Shown here: piece after piece, positions 18,646-28,075 of the stretch
Layout: each line of letters begins with the position of its first letter
How positions within the stretch are numbered: the stretch's first letter is position 1
From: an uncultured virus (IMG/VR IMGVR_UViG_3300014680_000032)
Lineage: Duplodnaviria; Heunggongvirae; Uroviricota; Caudoviricetes
Length of the DNA: 64,000 bases
Virus record (IMG/VR): IMGVR_UViG_3300014680_000032
Reading direction: 5' to 3' (one strand)
Notes under the pieces: model-generated
What the model was told of the DNA's origin: nothing
Databases searched by the model: none
Seen by the model: only the letters and a program-made list of their open reading frames with translations
Program-made: the position numbers and the translations under genes

Positions 18646-19335
18646 ATGATTAAAAAAAGTAACCGCCGTCAGTGGAGCGAGTTTTTCTCCAATAATAAAA
18701 GACAGGAATTCTTTAAGGATTTCAGTGTTTCATCAGGTAATGACAAAGTTAAAAAGCATAAAGCTAGCTCAAATAAACATGTGTTTTTCCCGTGCCATGT
18801 AGAAAAAGAAAATGATGGTGAAAATAGTGTGTATAGGGGAAGTACAGGTGGTGTTATCATTTTTGGTAAGCAATACATCACAATCAAATTGCCTTATGGA
18901 TTAAGCGCTAACGAGATTTGGCGGGCTACAATTGATCAGAACGGAAAGCAAAGAAATAGTCTTTCAGTAGGTGCTAAAAAGTATAAGGACAAGGTTCAAA
19001 AACAATATGGACCTATGTTTAGAGCACTTAAGTTAAAAGCTATCGATCAACTTTGTGAAATACGGTTAATTGTTCAGCCACCACTTAAAACTCGTTCTTA
19101 CAGCGCTAAAACTTATCCACGATTTGATATTGATAACTATCCAAAACTACTAATTGATAGTGTCAAAGGTGATGGCTTGTTATTCAAAGACGACAATATT
19201 TTCATAAGTGAACAAATTAAGCTGGCAGAACCATGTGAAGAGGGTTGTGTCTGGCTTTCGTGCGTTTTTACTGATGAAACTGATTGGTTGTCAAAAACTG
19301 TAGATTTTGATTGGTTAGCTGGGAGAAGCATTTAA
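18646..19335 (+). CDS. rusA: RusA-family Holliday junction resolvase
   Basis: LPYGLSAN, DIDNYPKLLIDSV and DD motifs. Confidence 0.85.
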   Translation: MIKKSNRRQWSEFFSNNKRQEFFKDFSVSSGNDKVKKHKASSNKHVFFPCHVEKENDGENSVYRGSTGGVIIFGKQYITIKLPYGLSANEIWRATIDQNGKQRNSLSVGAKKYKDKVQKQYGPMFRALKLKAIDQLCEIRLIVQPPLKTRSYSAKTYPRFDIDNYPKLLIDSVKGDGLLFKDDNIFISEQIKLAEPCEEGCVWLSCVFTDETDWLSKTVDFDWLAGRSI

Positions 19336-20022
19336 ATGGCGAAAAAGAGCGATTTGCAACGTCGAGTACTTATCGGAAGAAAACTTGCAATGGCGCGTGA
19401 CATGGCTCAATTACGTCAAGAAGACGTAGCATTAGAAATATTCGGTACACCGCATAAAAATCGAATGAGTGAAATCGAAAATGGTAAGTTAATGCCAGAT
19501 GCAGAATTACTTTCTTTGCTATGTCAAAAATATGGTGTTTCAGCTGACTGGATTCTTGGTTTTACGATTGAACCGGAACTAGATAAAACAGCTTCTGTAG
19601 CAGGTATTCTGTTTAACAGTCTTGGTGAAATGATGAGTGAATATACTCAAGCTATGGCATTTCAATTGAGTATGGCTGCGGCACAGCATATTACTTCTTT
19701 CCCTAAAGCCTTAACGGTTGAGTTACTTGAAGCCTCAAAGGGGCTTATTCAAGCATGTTTATCTCAAGAACAGTCTATCCAAGAAAAGGTTTTACCTGAA
19801 CTTCACACCCTCATGCGTATAGTGCGTGAGTGTGAACAAAATCGTGCGAAACAAATCCGTAACTTAGAAATGGCTATCGATGATGTATTCCAACGCGAAG
19901 AGAACGATTTACAGCAAAAAGCTCTAATTGATCTGATCCAAAATAAAAAACGTTTTAGCAAGGCTTCTTTACAGCAACAAGCTATAGCTGAAGTAAAACA
20001 AATAGGTCTATTTACTGAATAA
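19336..20022 (+). CDS. XRE-HTH regulator, candidate late activator
   Basis: N-terminal HTH (LRQEDVA...MSEIENG...YGVSADWILG); lies before the small-terminase-like gene. Confidence 0.75.
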   Translation: MAKKSDLQRRVLIGRKLAMARDMAQLRQEDVALEIFGTPHKNRMSEIENGKLMPDAELLSLLCQKYGVSADWILGFTIEPELDKTASVAGILFNSLGEMMSEYTQAMAFQLSMAAAQHITSFPKALTVELLEASKGLIQACLSQEQSIQEKVLPELHTLMRIVRECEQNRAKQIRNLEMAIDDVFQREENDLQQKALIDLIQNKKRFSKASLQQQAIAEVKQIGLFTE

Positions 20023-20035
20023 GGGATAGACTTTA

Positions 20036-20872
20036 ATGGCTCGCAAGATTGAATACTCGGAAGAAATTTGGAACCGGCTAAAAGAAGTCTATGAATCTTC
20101 TCCTAAGATTACGTGGCAAGGTTTAGTTGATCAGGTTGGCGAAGAACTCGGTTGTGAGATGCCTTCGCCATCCGTTGTACGCCGTAAAGCACTTGCGGAG
20201 AAATGGAAAAAGAAAGCTAAATCTCTAGTCAAAAAGACAGCTCAGGAGCTTAATAAAGAGATTAAAAAATTGACCAAAAAAAACAATGGTCAAGAAGATA
20301 CACAAGATACTGAAAAAACTGAAAAAAGTAATAGTCAAAATTCTGTCAAAAAAACGTCAAATATTGCTGAATTTAATAGTCAAAACTCAAAAAATAGTGG
20401 TCATAACAACGGTGGCCGTTCTACAGTCAACGAGAACTATCTAAAGTCAGCTTTGGTTGTCAAAAACAACCGTATAAGAGCTCATAAGCTTGGAGAGTTA
20501 ATTACAGACACTATCGATAGTGTTATTCATATTAGAGATGAAGTACTGAATTTAAATAATCCAACTGAGGAACAATTAGCATTAGTCAAGTTCAAGATGG
20601 GACTTATATGTCAAGTTGTAGATTTAAACGTTAAGCAAAGTATCAGCATTTCTAACATTGCCAAGACAGAAGCAATGTTCTGGGGCTTAGATGTAGATGA
20701 TCTTAAAGACCAGTCGGAAGTTCAAGCACGGCGTAGTTCTGTTATTTCGGGTGCTGAAGAAAGAATGGCAATCGCTAAAGCTAATATGAAGAAGAAAAAA
20801 GAAGAGGCGTTTATGCGTAAGTTAGCGCTAATTGAAGCAGGTGAAGTAGAGCCAGATGATAAAAATGAATAG
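20036..20872 (+). CDS. Putative terminase small subunit (PacA-like)
   Basis: N-terminal HTH-like EEIW...VRRKALAEKW followed by a helical body. Confidence 0.55.
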   Translation: MARKIEYSEEIWNRLKEVYESSPKITWQGLVDQVGEELGCEMPSPSVVRRKALAEKWKKKAKSLVKKTAQELNKEIKKLTKKNNGQEDTQDTEKTEKSNSQNSVKKTSNIAEFNSQNSKNSGHNNGGRSTVNENYLKSALVVKNNRIRAHKLGELITDTIDSVIHIRDEVLNLNNPTEEQLALVKFKMGLICQVVDLNVKQSISISNIAKTEAMFWGLDVDDLKDQSEVQARRSSVISGAEERMAIAKANMKKKKEEAFMRKLALIEAGEVEPDDKNE

Positions 20873-20987
20873 ATTTTATATAAAACTTTACACCATTGAA
20901 ATTATTATCTTTCTATTAATTATAATGCATGTGGCATTTATATTTTACAAAGTGCTTAAAATCATTAATTAAATAGAGTATTAAGTT

Positions 20988-21251
20988 ATGACCCTTATTT
21001 CAGCAGCAGAAGCAGCTAAAATCTCAGAATCTGCACAGCCATCTACACTTGAGGAATTGAAACAAGAAGTAGGTGTATTTATTACTTCTCTTGCCGCAAA
21101 AGGACAGAAAGAAATGACTTTCACCTTATCAAAATCAAGAGCTACAATGGCAGTAGTCAATGAGTTACAACAGTCCCTAATCGATCTAGGATACCAAATT
21201 GAATTAGATGTTTTGGATCATAATAATTATTTTCTAAAGATTAAGTTTTAA
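20988..21251 (+). CDS. Small hypothetical protein
   Basis: 87-aa ORF with an AT-rich upstream region. Confidence 0.65.
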   Translation: MTLISAAEAAKISESAQPSTLEELKQEVGVFITSLAAKGQKEMTFTLSKSRATMAVVNELQQSLIDLGYQIELDVLDHNNYFLKIKF

Positions 21252-21264
21252 TTAAATTTTTGGT

Positions 21265-21329
21265 TGGAACACTTAAAAATTCAAAAATAATTATGATTCA
21301 AAATGCCCTATATCAGTATGGGGCATTTT
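21265..21329 (+). promoter_or_regulatory. Late-type promoter TGGAAC-N28-CAAAAT with RBS-occluding hairpin
   Basis: AAAATGCCC...GGGCATTTT hairpin overlaps the -10 and the RBS. Confidence 0.7.
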
Positions 21330-21333
21330 TGTT

Positions 21334-23577
21334 ATGACAGATTCAAATCACAATAATCCAGTTTTATCTTATGATGAACTTGGTTTCATTATTGGTATGA
21401 AACGAGTTGAAAAAAAAGTAAGTACGATTGATTCAAATATTGAGAAGATCATAGATATTCTTACGCAAAGCTTTGAAGAGCAAAAAGTTCAACTTACACA
21501 GCCTCAGCCAAAATTAACTGAATTTCAAAAGATGCTTAATGCTGTCAATAATAGACAAGCTTTAGATTTTGAAGATTTATTAAAAGAAAAAGCAAATCCA
21601 ATCACTCAATCTTTTGTTGTAGCAGATAAGCTGGTCAAAGACTTTGCTGATATATTGGAGCAATCAGTTGATGACCTTAAGACAGTAGAAAAGAAACATA
21701 TTAACCAACCTAAGAGTTTAAAACCTGCTATAGAAATTAATAGTCATGAAGACTTATCAAAAATTGTAAACCCTAGTGTTCCTGAGCGTGACGAAAAGGG
21801 CCGTTTTGTATCAAACCCTAATGAACCCCAAAACCAATCATCAATTCGTAAAGTTGCCCAAACGATAACTACGGTGATTAAAGGGGTAATGCCGAACTCT
21901 CCACAAGGTGTAGATCCTACAGTTGATGCAATCAATGAAGTCGGACACTTACTTACACCAGTTCGCCGTGCTGCAGGACTAGCTATGCGGCCATTAACAG
22001 GATTCATGCGTAGTAGAAAACGGAATGAACCTTTACCGCGGGAACAAGAAAATCATAATCGCAAGCAAATAAAACTATTGCAGCGTATTGCTGATAATTT
22101 AGCGTCTAAAGGCGGTTTGCTTGGTTCTCTAGGGAAACTACTTACTACCGTCTTATCTGCTGGCAGTGGGCTGTTAGGTGGAGTACTGGGCAAAGGTAGA
22201 AAAGGTATTGGGAAATTAGGGAAGGGTCTTGGAAAAGTCCTCAAGTTTGGCCGTGGTTTACCAGTCATAGGTGCACTAGCTGCTGGTGCATCATTATTAG
22301 ATTGGAATGAACAAAGTACACAAGAAAAAGGCGGTACTGTTGGTAGTCTTGCGGGTGGAGTAATTGGTGGTACTGTCGGGTCTTTATTTGGTCCAGTTGG
22401 AACATTAATTGGTGGTATGGCTGGTTCTTGGATTGGGAATAAGCTAGGTACCGTAGTTGCGCCGTATTTTAAAGAGTGGACAGATTCATTAATTGCTGCA
22501 GATGTACCAGGTATTATTAATACTGCTTGGAAAGGGTTTGTTAACTATGCAACCAATGCTTTTGAACTGACAAAAGGTACAGCATCAAAAGTTGTAGATG
22601 GTGTTAAAGATACTGCTAGTGATACCTTAGATTTCATTAAGGATAAATTTAATCGCTTTAATCCATTTCATGACGGCGTTCCCACATGGGGCATTGGGCA
22701 AGGAGTTTATAAGCCGGGTTTTGGAGCTAATGCTGGTGTAGCTCAATATGGCGCTACAATTGCACAACCAGTTAATCGATCAGCTGCTAGAGATGAGGCA
22801 TTAAAGTTTTTCACAAGCAAGGAAGGAGGAAATTGGACACCAGAGCAAGCTGCTGGAATAGTTGCGAATCTTGAAGCAGAAAGTGGCTTTAAACATACTG
22901 CTATTGGTGATAATGGTAAAGCTTTTGGAATTGGTCAATGGCATCCTGATAGACAAGCAAAATTTAAACAAAAGTTTGGTAAAGATATTCGTCAATCCTC
23001 ATATCAAGAACAATTAGCTTTTGTGAACTGGGAATTAAATAACAATGAATCATCTGCAGGTAAAAAGTTAAGACAATCTAAATCCGCTAATCAAGCCGGT
23101 GCTATTGTCTCCCGATATTATGAACGACCTGCAGCAGTTGAAGCTGAAGCTATGAAACGTTCAGCAATGGCACAAAATATCCATGTTGATGCAGGCAAAA
23201 GATCTCTACTTACAGATAAGCAAGATAACTCTAAAACATTAAAAGATGTAGAAGCTAAAACAGTGAAGAGTGCTTCTGGCATTGAGCCAAAGCAAGGGAA
23301 TATCTATAACCAAACAAGTAGAAAACTCTCAGGCGTTTTAAGCTCTAAAACTCCACATATACCAACTTCAAAAAGGGATCTTAGCTCAAGTGGCACTAGT
23401 CTAAAAAGTACTCCTATAACAAAAGTACCAGCTTTTAAACAGCCACTTAATACTCCAAATCCTCAGGAAGTCGTTGTTGTTAATGGTAATAATGGTAATA
23501 TCAGTCAGAATGTAAATGATAGATTCCTAGCACATGCTTTAACTGGTGGGATAGGAATGGGAAACTTAGAAGGTTAG
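21334..23577 (+). CDS. Tape-measure/injection protein with phage-tail lysozyme domain (P1 Sit-like role)
   Basis: Gly-rich hydrophobic segment; AAGIVANLEAES...GIGQW...YYERP lysozyme motifs. Confidence 0.8.
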   Translation: MTDSNHNNPVLSYDELGFIIGMKRVEKKVSTIDSNIEKIIDILTQSFEEQKVQLTQPQPKLTEFQKMLNAVNNRQALDFEDLLKEKANPITQSFVVADKLVKDFADILEQSVDDLKTVEKKHINQPKSLKPAIEINSHEDLSKIVNPSVPERDEKGRFVSNPNEPQNQSSIRKVAQTITTVIKGVMPNSPQGVDPTVDAINEVGHLLTPVRRAAGLAMRPLTGFMRSRKRNEPLPREQENHNRKQIKLLQRIADNLASKGGLLGSLGKLLTTVLSAGSGLLGGVLGKGRKGIGKLGKGLGKVLKFGRGLPVIGALAAGASLLDWNEQSTQEKGGTVGSLAGGVIGGTVGSLFGPVGTLIGGMAGSWIGNKLGTVVAPYFKEWTDSLIAADVPGIINTAWKGFVNYATNAFELTKGTASKVVDGVKDTASDTLDFIKDKFNRFNPFHDGVPTWGIGQGVYKPGFGANAGVAQYGATIAQPVNRSAARDEALKFFTSKEGGNWTPEQAAGIVANLEAESGFKHTAIGDNGKAFGIGQWHPDRQAKFKQKFGKDIRQSSYQEQLAFVNWELNNNESSAGKKLRQSKSANQAGAIVSRYYERPAAVEAEAMKRSAMAQNIHVDAGKRSLLTDKQDNSKTLKDVEAKTVKSASGIEPKQGNIYNQTSRKLSGVLSSKTPHIPTSKRDLSSSGTSLKSTPITKVPAFKQPLNTPNPQEVVVVNGNNGNISQNVNDRFLAHALTGGIGMGNLEG

Positions 23578-23584
23578 TTTATTA

Positions 23585-24406
23585 ATGACTCTTAGAGCTT
23601 TAAATTTAACGGTATTAATTACTATGCTTGCATTAGCTGGTTGTAATAAAAATAATGAGCAACCAGCTGAAGGATCTAACTCAGCAATGCAAGAACCCGT
23701 TAAAGCGGAAGCAACTTATGATTTTACATCTTTAAATGAATCTGATTTTTTGAATCAAAGTATTTTAATAAATGATGACAAAACCTATAGAGGAATTAGA
23801 TTTCATGATTATGATGTAGGCACAAAATTAATAGGAGCTGCGAGTATCGAATCAATTCAGAAGGTTGATAATTATACTTTGGCTTTGGCATCCTCAAGGC
23901 CAATAATAAATCAAAAAGCTGGTTTATATGGGGTTCTGGCAAATAAAGCTAATTTTGACGGTAATTTAGTTGTTTTAGTTTTTGAGCCAAATGTACAAGC
24001 AAGGGTTATAGAAGGCGACATAATTGCATTTAAGGGCACTGTTGCGCCGTCAGACGTTTTTACTTATACCAACCCTACAACTAATCAAATTGAAGAGTTA
24101 CCAATTATATATGTTCATTTTTATCAAGCAGGCGAACTATCAATACAAGGTATTAACGACTATTTGAAAAAGCAATCTTCTGAAATTCCTAAAATCATAC
24201 AAAACAAAATTCTCCAATATGAAAAGCTCAATGATTCATGCCGTGGTGGATCGGGTGATGACCCCGAAACTATTGAAAGTTGTGAAGCTAGAGATACTTT
24301 ATATGTAGATATTAAAAATGGCGGATGGTGTTGGGGCTCTGAAAACGAGAATGCTGCAGGAAATGATTTGAATTGGCTACCATGTACTAAAGATAGATAT
24401 AAATAA
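23585..24406 (+). CDS. Lipoprotein (accessory)
   Basis: LALAGC lipobox; Cys-rich C-terminal domain. Confidence 0.8.
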   Translation: MTLRALNLTVLITMLALAGCNKNNEQPAEGSNSAMQEPVKAEATYDFTSLNESDFLNQSILINDDKTYRGIRFHDYDVGTKLIGAASIESIQKVDNYTLALASSRPIINQKAGLYGVLANKANFDGNLVVLVFEPNVQARVIEGDIIAFKGTVAPSDVFTYTNPTTNQIEELPIIYVHFYQAGELSIQGINDYLKKQSSEIPKIIQNKILQYEKLNDSCRGGSGDDPETIESCEARDTLYVDIKNGGWCWGSENENAAGNDLNWLPCTKDRYK

Positions 24407-24426
24407 ATTAAGAGTGGAGCAATTAG

Positions 24427-24825
24427 ATGTATAAATTCATGAGAATTACTTTTTTAATTATGAGCACGATTACTTGTTCAGTTACTTTTGCTGGTATAGA
24501 TAAATGCTCAAATTTGCCAAATCAATCGGCTTTAAATACTTGCTCATCAAATGTTTTGAATTCTGCAAATCAGAAAATTAATTCCGTTTATGCAAATTAT
24601 ATGAAAGAGCTTAACCCAACAGAGAAACTTCAATTAAAAGAGGCTCAAAGAGCTTGGATTCAATACAAAGAAAAAGATTGCCAATTTCAATCTTCACCTG
24701 TTTTAAAGGGCTCTTTATATCCATTTGTTCATAATGCATGTTTAGTGGAAAAGACAGAAAATAGAATTAAAGAACTACAAGATATGCAAGAGTGTAGATC
24801 AGGTAACGAACCTGGTTGCTTATAA
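24427..24825 (+). CDS. LprI/DUF1311-family periplasmic lysozyme-inhibitor-like protein
   Basis: Signal peptide; C...LKEAQRAWIQYKEKDC...C...R pattern. Confidence 0.85.
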   Translation: MYKFMRITFLIMSTITCSVTFAGIDKCSNLPNQSALNTCSSNVLNSANQKINSVYANYMKELNPTEKLQLKEAQRAWIQYKEKDCQFQSSPVLKGSLYPFVHNACLVEKTENRIKELQDMQECRSGNEPGCL

Positions 24826-24918
24826 ATTCAATATTTGTAGAGAATATTAAAGGGATTGAATTATTCATTCCCTTGTTGTTCCTTTATGAGTTGTAAATAT
24901 TTTTAATAATGGGGAAAT

Positions 24919-25662
24919 TTGATGCTTATTGAATTGTACGATCAACTAAGAAAAAACTTAATAGAAATAAATGACTTTTACTTAGAACAATGTCAGCTCA
25001 AGCTTTTGAATCAATTTGATAACATCTCTCAAGAAGCTGATGAATATGAAGAAAAATGGCGGATTGAAAAAGAGAGCCATTACTTCAATAAAGATCCATA
25101 TGATTCCTCTTCATTATATTATGATTCATATGATGCAAGTATTATCTTTTATCAAAATCTAAGTGATCTTCAACAGAATGTCAGATTTTCAGTTATTGCG
25201 GGAATGTATCATAGATGGGAAAAACAGTTTCGTTCATTCCTACATAATCAATCCAGATGGTGGGGATGTACTCATCAAGTCAGAAATGAAATTTGGACTC
25301 TGCCAGTTAACAAATTATTTATGCTTTTTAAAACTGATGAATTCGATATCGAAAAACAAGAGTTTTTTAAAGATTTTGATGCTTGTAGAGTAATTGTTAA
25401 TGTTTTTAAGCATGGAAATGGAAGCTCATATAGAGAGCTGTGTAACAAGTACCCATTTTATTTAAAAGAAAATTATCATGGTATGGAAAATAATCCGTTG
25501 CCTTACTTTATATATGAACCTACATTTAATATTACGGATGATGACGTTGTTAAATTTTCAAAGGCTATTAGTGAATTTTGGCGCAAACTTAAAAATATTG
25601 AGAATGTTGAAGATCGAGAGGAATGGTTGAGAAGGACGTTTGAAAAGAGAAAGCGAAAATAA
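24919..25662 (+). CDS. Putative HEPN-like protein
   Basis: Helical protein with an RVIVNVFKHG motif; AT-rich. Confidence 0.55.
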   Translation: MMLIELYDQLRKNLIEINDFYLEQCQLKLLNQFDNISQEADEYEEKWRIEKESHYFNKDPYDSSSLYYDSYDASIIFYQNLSDLQQNVRFSVIAGMYHRWEKQFRSFLHNQSRWWGCTHQVRNEIWTLPVNKLFMLFKTDEFDIEKQEFFKDFDACRVIVNVFKHGNGSSYRELCNKYPFYLKENYHGMENNPLPYFIYEPTFNITDDDVVKFSKAISEFWRKLKNIENVEDREEWLRRTFEKRKRK

Positions 25663-25752
25663 TAGAACTGAACAAGTTAATAGAGTTATTCCTTTAATTA
25701 ATATATAATTAGTAGGTTAATTTAATAATTTATTCATAGGATTTCGGAGAAA

Positions 25753-26697
25753 ATGAAGTCTAGCAATATTTCTAATACCGTAGACTTGTTATCTTCTGAT
25801 CGATTAAAGAGTTATAAATTATATTTTAATTTAAAAAATAATGAGGAGTGCATAGGTGTATACCTTTGGAATGATGCGCTCTCAACTGCTTTTTTTAAGT
25901 TGTTAAGTATTTTTGAAGTTGCATTTCGTAATATGGTACATAAAGAATTATCGTATCTTTATTTTTCGCATAAAAATCAAGGACACATACATGATAATGA
26001 TTGGTACATGTACCTTATGGACCAAAATATACTAAACTTGGAAACTCAAAAAATATTAAAAAAAATGACTCATAGGAAAAAGAAGGTTAATGGAATTACG
26101 ACTTTAGTTCCTAAAACACAAAACATTCCAACTCCAGGTAAAGTTATAGCAAATCAGACATTTGGTTTTTGGATTAAACTTATTGAATTACATCCTTCTA
26201 TTGATTGGCCTGAAGTTTTCTTTAAGGGTTTTAAAGATCATTTTGCTGTAAATAAAAGTTATTGGGATACAAATGCTATAGACGATTTGATTATTCGGTT
26301 AAGACAGGTTCTATCTTTAAGAAATCGTATTGCTCACCACGAGCCATTATGGAAATTTACTGAGATTCTTCATGAAAAATCAAAAGTAGTGATCTATGAA
26401 TCTGCTACTACCCCAAGTGAAAGCATTTCAAGAATGTTGACCTTGAATCATCGTTTATGCCGGTTAATAGGTTGGATATCAAAAGATAGAAGGGATGACT
26501 ATTTATCATCAAGTTATAAAAGACATTTTGATTGGTTCTGCCAAGAATCAACTATCGAAATATATAAAAATTATTCCTATATGAGAGAACTGCCATTATC
26601 AAGGGCTAAGAGAGAGTTCCGTCGTCTTTTGAAAATTTCATGCTTAATAGAAATTAAGCACCAACATGGTGGAATAGTTATTTCTAGAGGTTTTTAG
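25753..26697 (+). CDS. abiF: Abi_2/AbiF-like HEPN ribonuclease
   Basis: LSSDRLKSY, YLWN, EVAFRN, FGFW and LRNRIAHHEP (RxxxxH). Confidence 0.85.
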   Translation: MKSSNISNTVDLLSSDRLKSYKLYFNLKNNEECIGVYLWNDALSTAFFKLLSIFEVAFRNMVHKELSYLYFSHKNQGHIHDNDWYMYLMDQNILNLETQKILKKMTHRKKKVNGITTLVPKTQNIPTPGKVIANQTFGFWIKLIELHPSIDWPEVFFKGFKDHFAVNKSYWDTNAIDDLIIRLRQVLSLRNRIAHHEPLWKFTEILHEKSKVVIYESATTPSESISRMLTLNHRLCRLIGWISKDRRDDYLSSSYKRHFDWFCQESTIEIYKNYSYMRELPLSRAKREFRRLLKISCLIEIKHQHGGIVISRGF

Positions 26698-26753
26698 TAA
26701 TTTCACTGTTGCACAAATTTGACAAGTGGTGCAGTAATTAATATTATAGGTAC

Positions 26754-26845
26754 ATAGCTAATCTTATTGAATAAGATATCAGTAATAAATTTCTCGCTGA
26801 TAATCCAATAAGTCTTATTTGAAAGCACCCTGCGGGGTGTTTTCC
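26754..26845 (+). ncRNA. Candidate AbiF-associated RNA antitoxin
   Basis: TTGACA(26719)-17-TATTAT(26742) promoter, three stem-loops, terminator GCACCC-TGCG-GGGTGT-TTT. Confidence 0.65.
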
Positions 26846-26866
26846 TCGTTTTAGGGTTCTAAAAAT

Positions 26867-26932
26867 TGGAACCTTGCACAAATTGTACATCCAATAGATT
26901 TCAAAATAACCTCATTGATATGAGGTTATTTT
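26867..26932 (+). promoter_or_regulatory. Late-type promoter TGGAAC-N29-CAAAAT with RBS-occluding hairpin
   Basis: AAAATAACCTCA-N6-TGAGGTTATTTT. Confidence 0.75.
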
Positions 26933-26934
26933 TC

Positions 26935-27876
26935 ATGGGCAGTCTTAATCTTGCAGCTGTAACAGCTTCTACTCCATACATTAAAAAGATCCAATCGGCT
27001 TTAGAAAAAGCAACAGGCCAAACGATTGTTACACCAGAATTTCGCAAAATTAAGCGTGTTGCTGGTGTTAGCGTTTTACCAGTTGCATTTTTCTTTTCAG
27101 GTGGCGCTACGCTAACACTTTATGTTCGTGCTTTAGCAGATGTGGTCAAGGCCGAACTGAACGACAAAGTAATTGTGCTATCAGGAGATTTTAGTGATGT
27201 CTATAAGCCAACATTTGAAAACGCCGTGAGTTGTGTAGCTAAACTTATCCGTGAAGCACAATCAAAGATTCAAGAACAAAATAAACGGGATAAAGTCAGT
27301 TTGCCGCCGCGCCGTACTTCTGTAGATCAGAAAATTAAAGAAGTACAAGAACAAGAACAAAAGCTAGATGAAGATTTAGCAAAACAAACCGCTCAGCGTG
27401 ACCAACTGAAGGAACAAATTGAACATGCTAAGCAACAACTTGGTATAAGTTCGGAGGCTGGTCAATCCGAACTGGGAAAGCCTGAATTTGATAGTGCGAG
27501 TCCAATCAAATCAGTTACAGCAAATATCACACGTGGTAAAGCTGCAATGAACAAAGCCATTATGGAAAAAACCACAGTGCATAGAGCTATGTATCGTAAT
27601 GATCTAGGCTGGGTGGATTTTGAGTATGGCAGTGATAAACAGGGCATTAAGCATATTATCAAGCGCCGTATGGAAAGTGATGGCATGACATATGATGAAG
27701 TTGTGCATATGCTTGTGGATACTATTGTGCAAACAATCGCTCAAGGTAGTACACAACGGCGTACAGAACGTGGATTATCTACAAGAATAAATATTTTATT
27801 TAATTCGCATGAAGCGTCATTGATTAAGCGAGAAGGTAGTAATGCATGGCTGCTTACAGCTTTTGAAGTGCATTAA
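26935..27876 (+). CDS. Hdf/DarA_N-like protein fused to a C-terminal phage BECR-like nuclease domain
   Basis: N-terminal KIKRVAGVSV...GGATLTLYVR, then a coiled coil, then LGWVDFEYG...GIKHIIKRR...WLLTAF. Start placed at ATG 26935 after GAGG. Confidence 0.65.
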   Translation: MGSLNLAAVTASTPYIKKIQSALEKATGQTIVTPEFRKIKRVAGVSVLPVAFFFSGGATLTLYVRALADVVKAELNDKVIVLSGDFSDVYKPTFENAVSCVAKLIREAQSKIQEQNKRDKVSLPPRRTSVDQKIKEVQEQEQKLDEDLAKQTAQRDQLKEQIEHAKQQLGISSEAGQSELGKPEFDSASPIKSVTANITRGKAAMNKAIMEKTTVHRAMYRNDLGWVDFEYGSDKQGIKHIIKRRMESDGMTYDEVVHMLVDTIVQTIAQGSTQRRTERGLSTRINILFNSHEASLIKREGSNAWLLTAFEVH

Positions 27877-27967
27877 AAAAAGCCCGGTAGTTAGAGATGG
27901 GTTGCGACATCTTCTAACCTACACTTATGACCCTATACGTTCTCGTGTCATAAGTGGAGCGGGCTTT
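27875..27967 (-). ncRNA. Candidate ~93-nt three-way-junction RNA convergent on the BECR gene
   Basis: TTGAAA(28002-27997)-17-TATTAT(27979-27974) promoter; outer stem AAAGCCCG/CGGGCTTT enclosing two hairpins; U-tract at the end. Confidence 0.7.
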
Positions 27968-28005
27968 GTATATATAATAATCCATGCATTTCTTAATTTC
28001 AAATA

Positions 28006-28070
28006 TGGAACCATTCACGCTTACATATATACAAAAGCAATACCCTTAATACAGTTCTTATTAAGGGTGT
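28006..28070 (+). promoter_or_regulatory. Late-type promoter TGGAAC-N29-TACCCT with hairpin
   Basis: ATACCCTTAAT...ATTAAGGGTGT. Confidence 0.7.
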
Positions 28071-28075
28071 TTTTT

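Noticed and set aside
27875..27967. tRNA gene
   Set aside because: Only two internal arms, and no TTC loop or CCA end; kept as a non-tRNA structured RNA.
27842..28075. N-terminal extension of the membrane ORF
   Set aside because: It overlaps the structured RNA and two promoters; ATG 28076 has the RBS and the late promoter.
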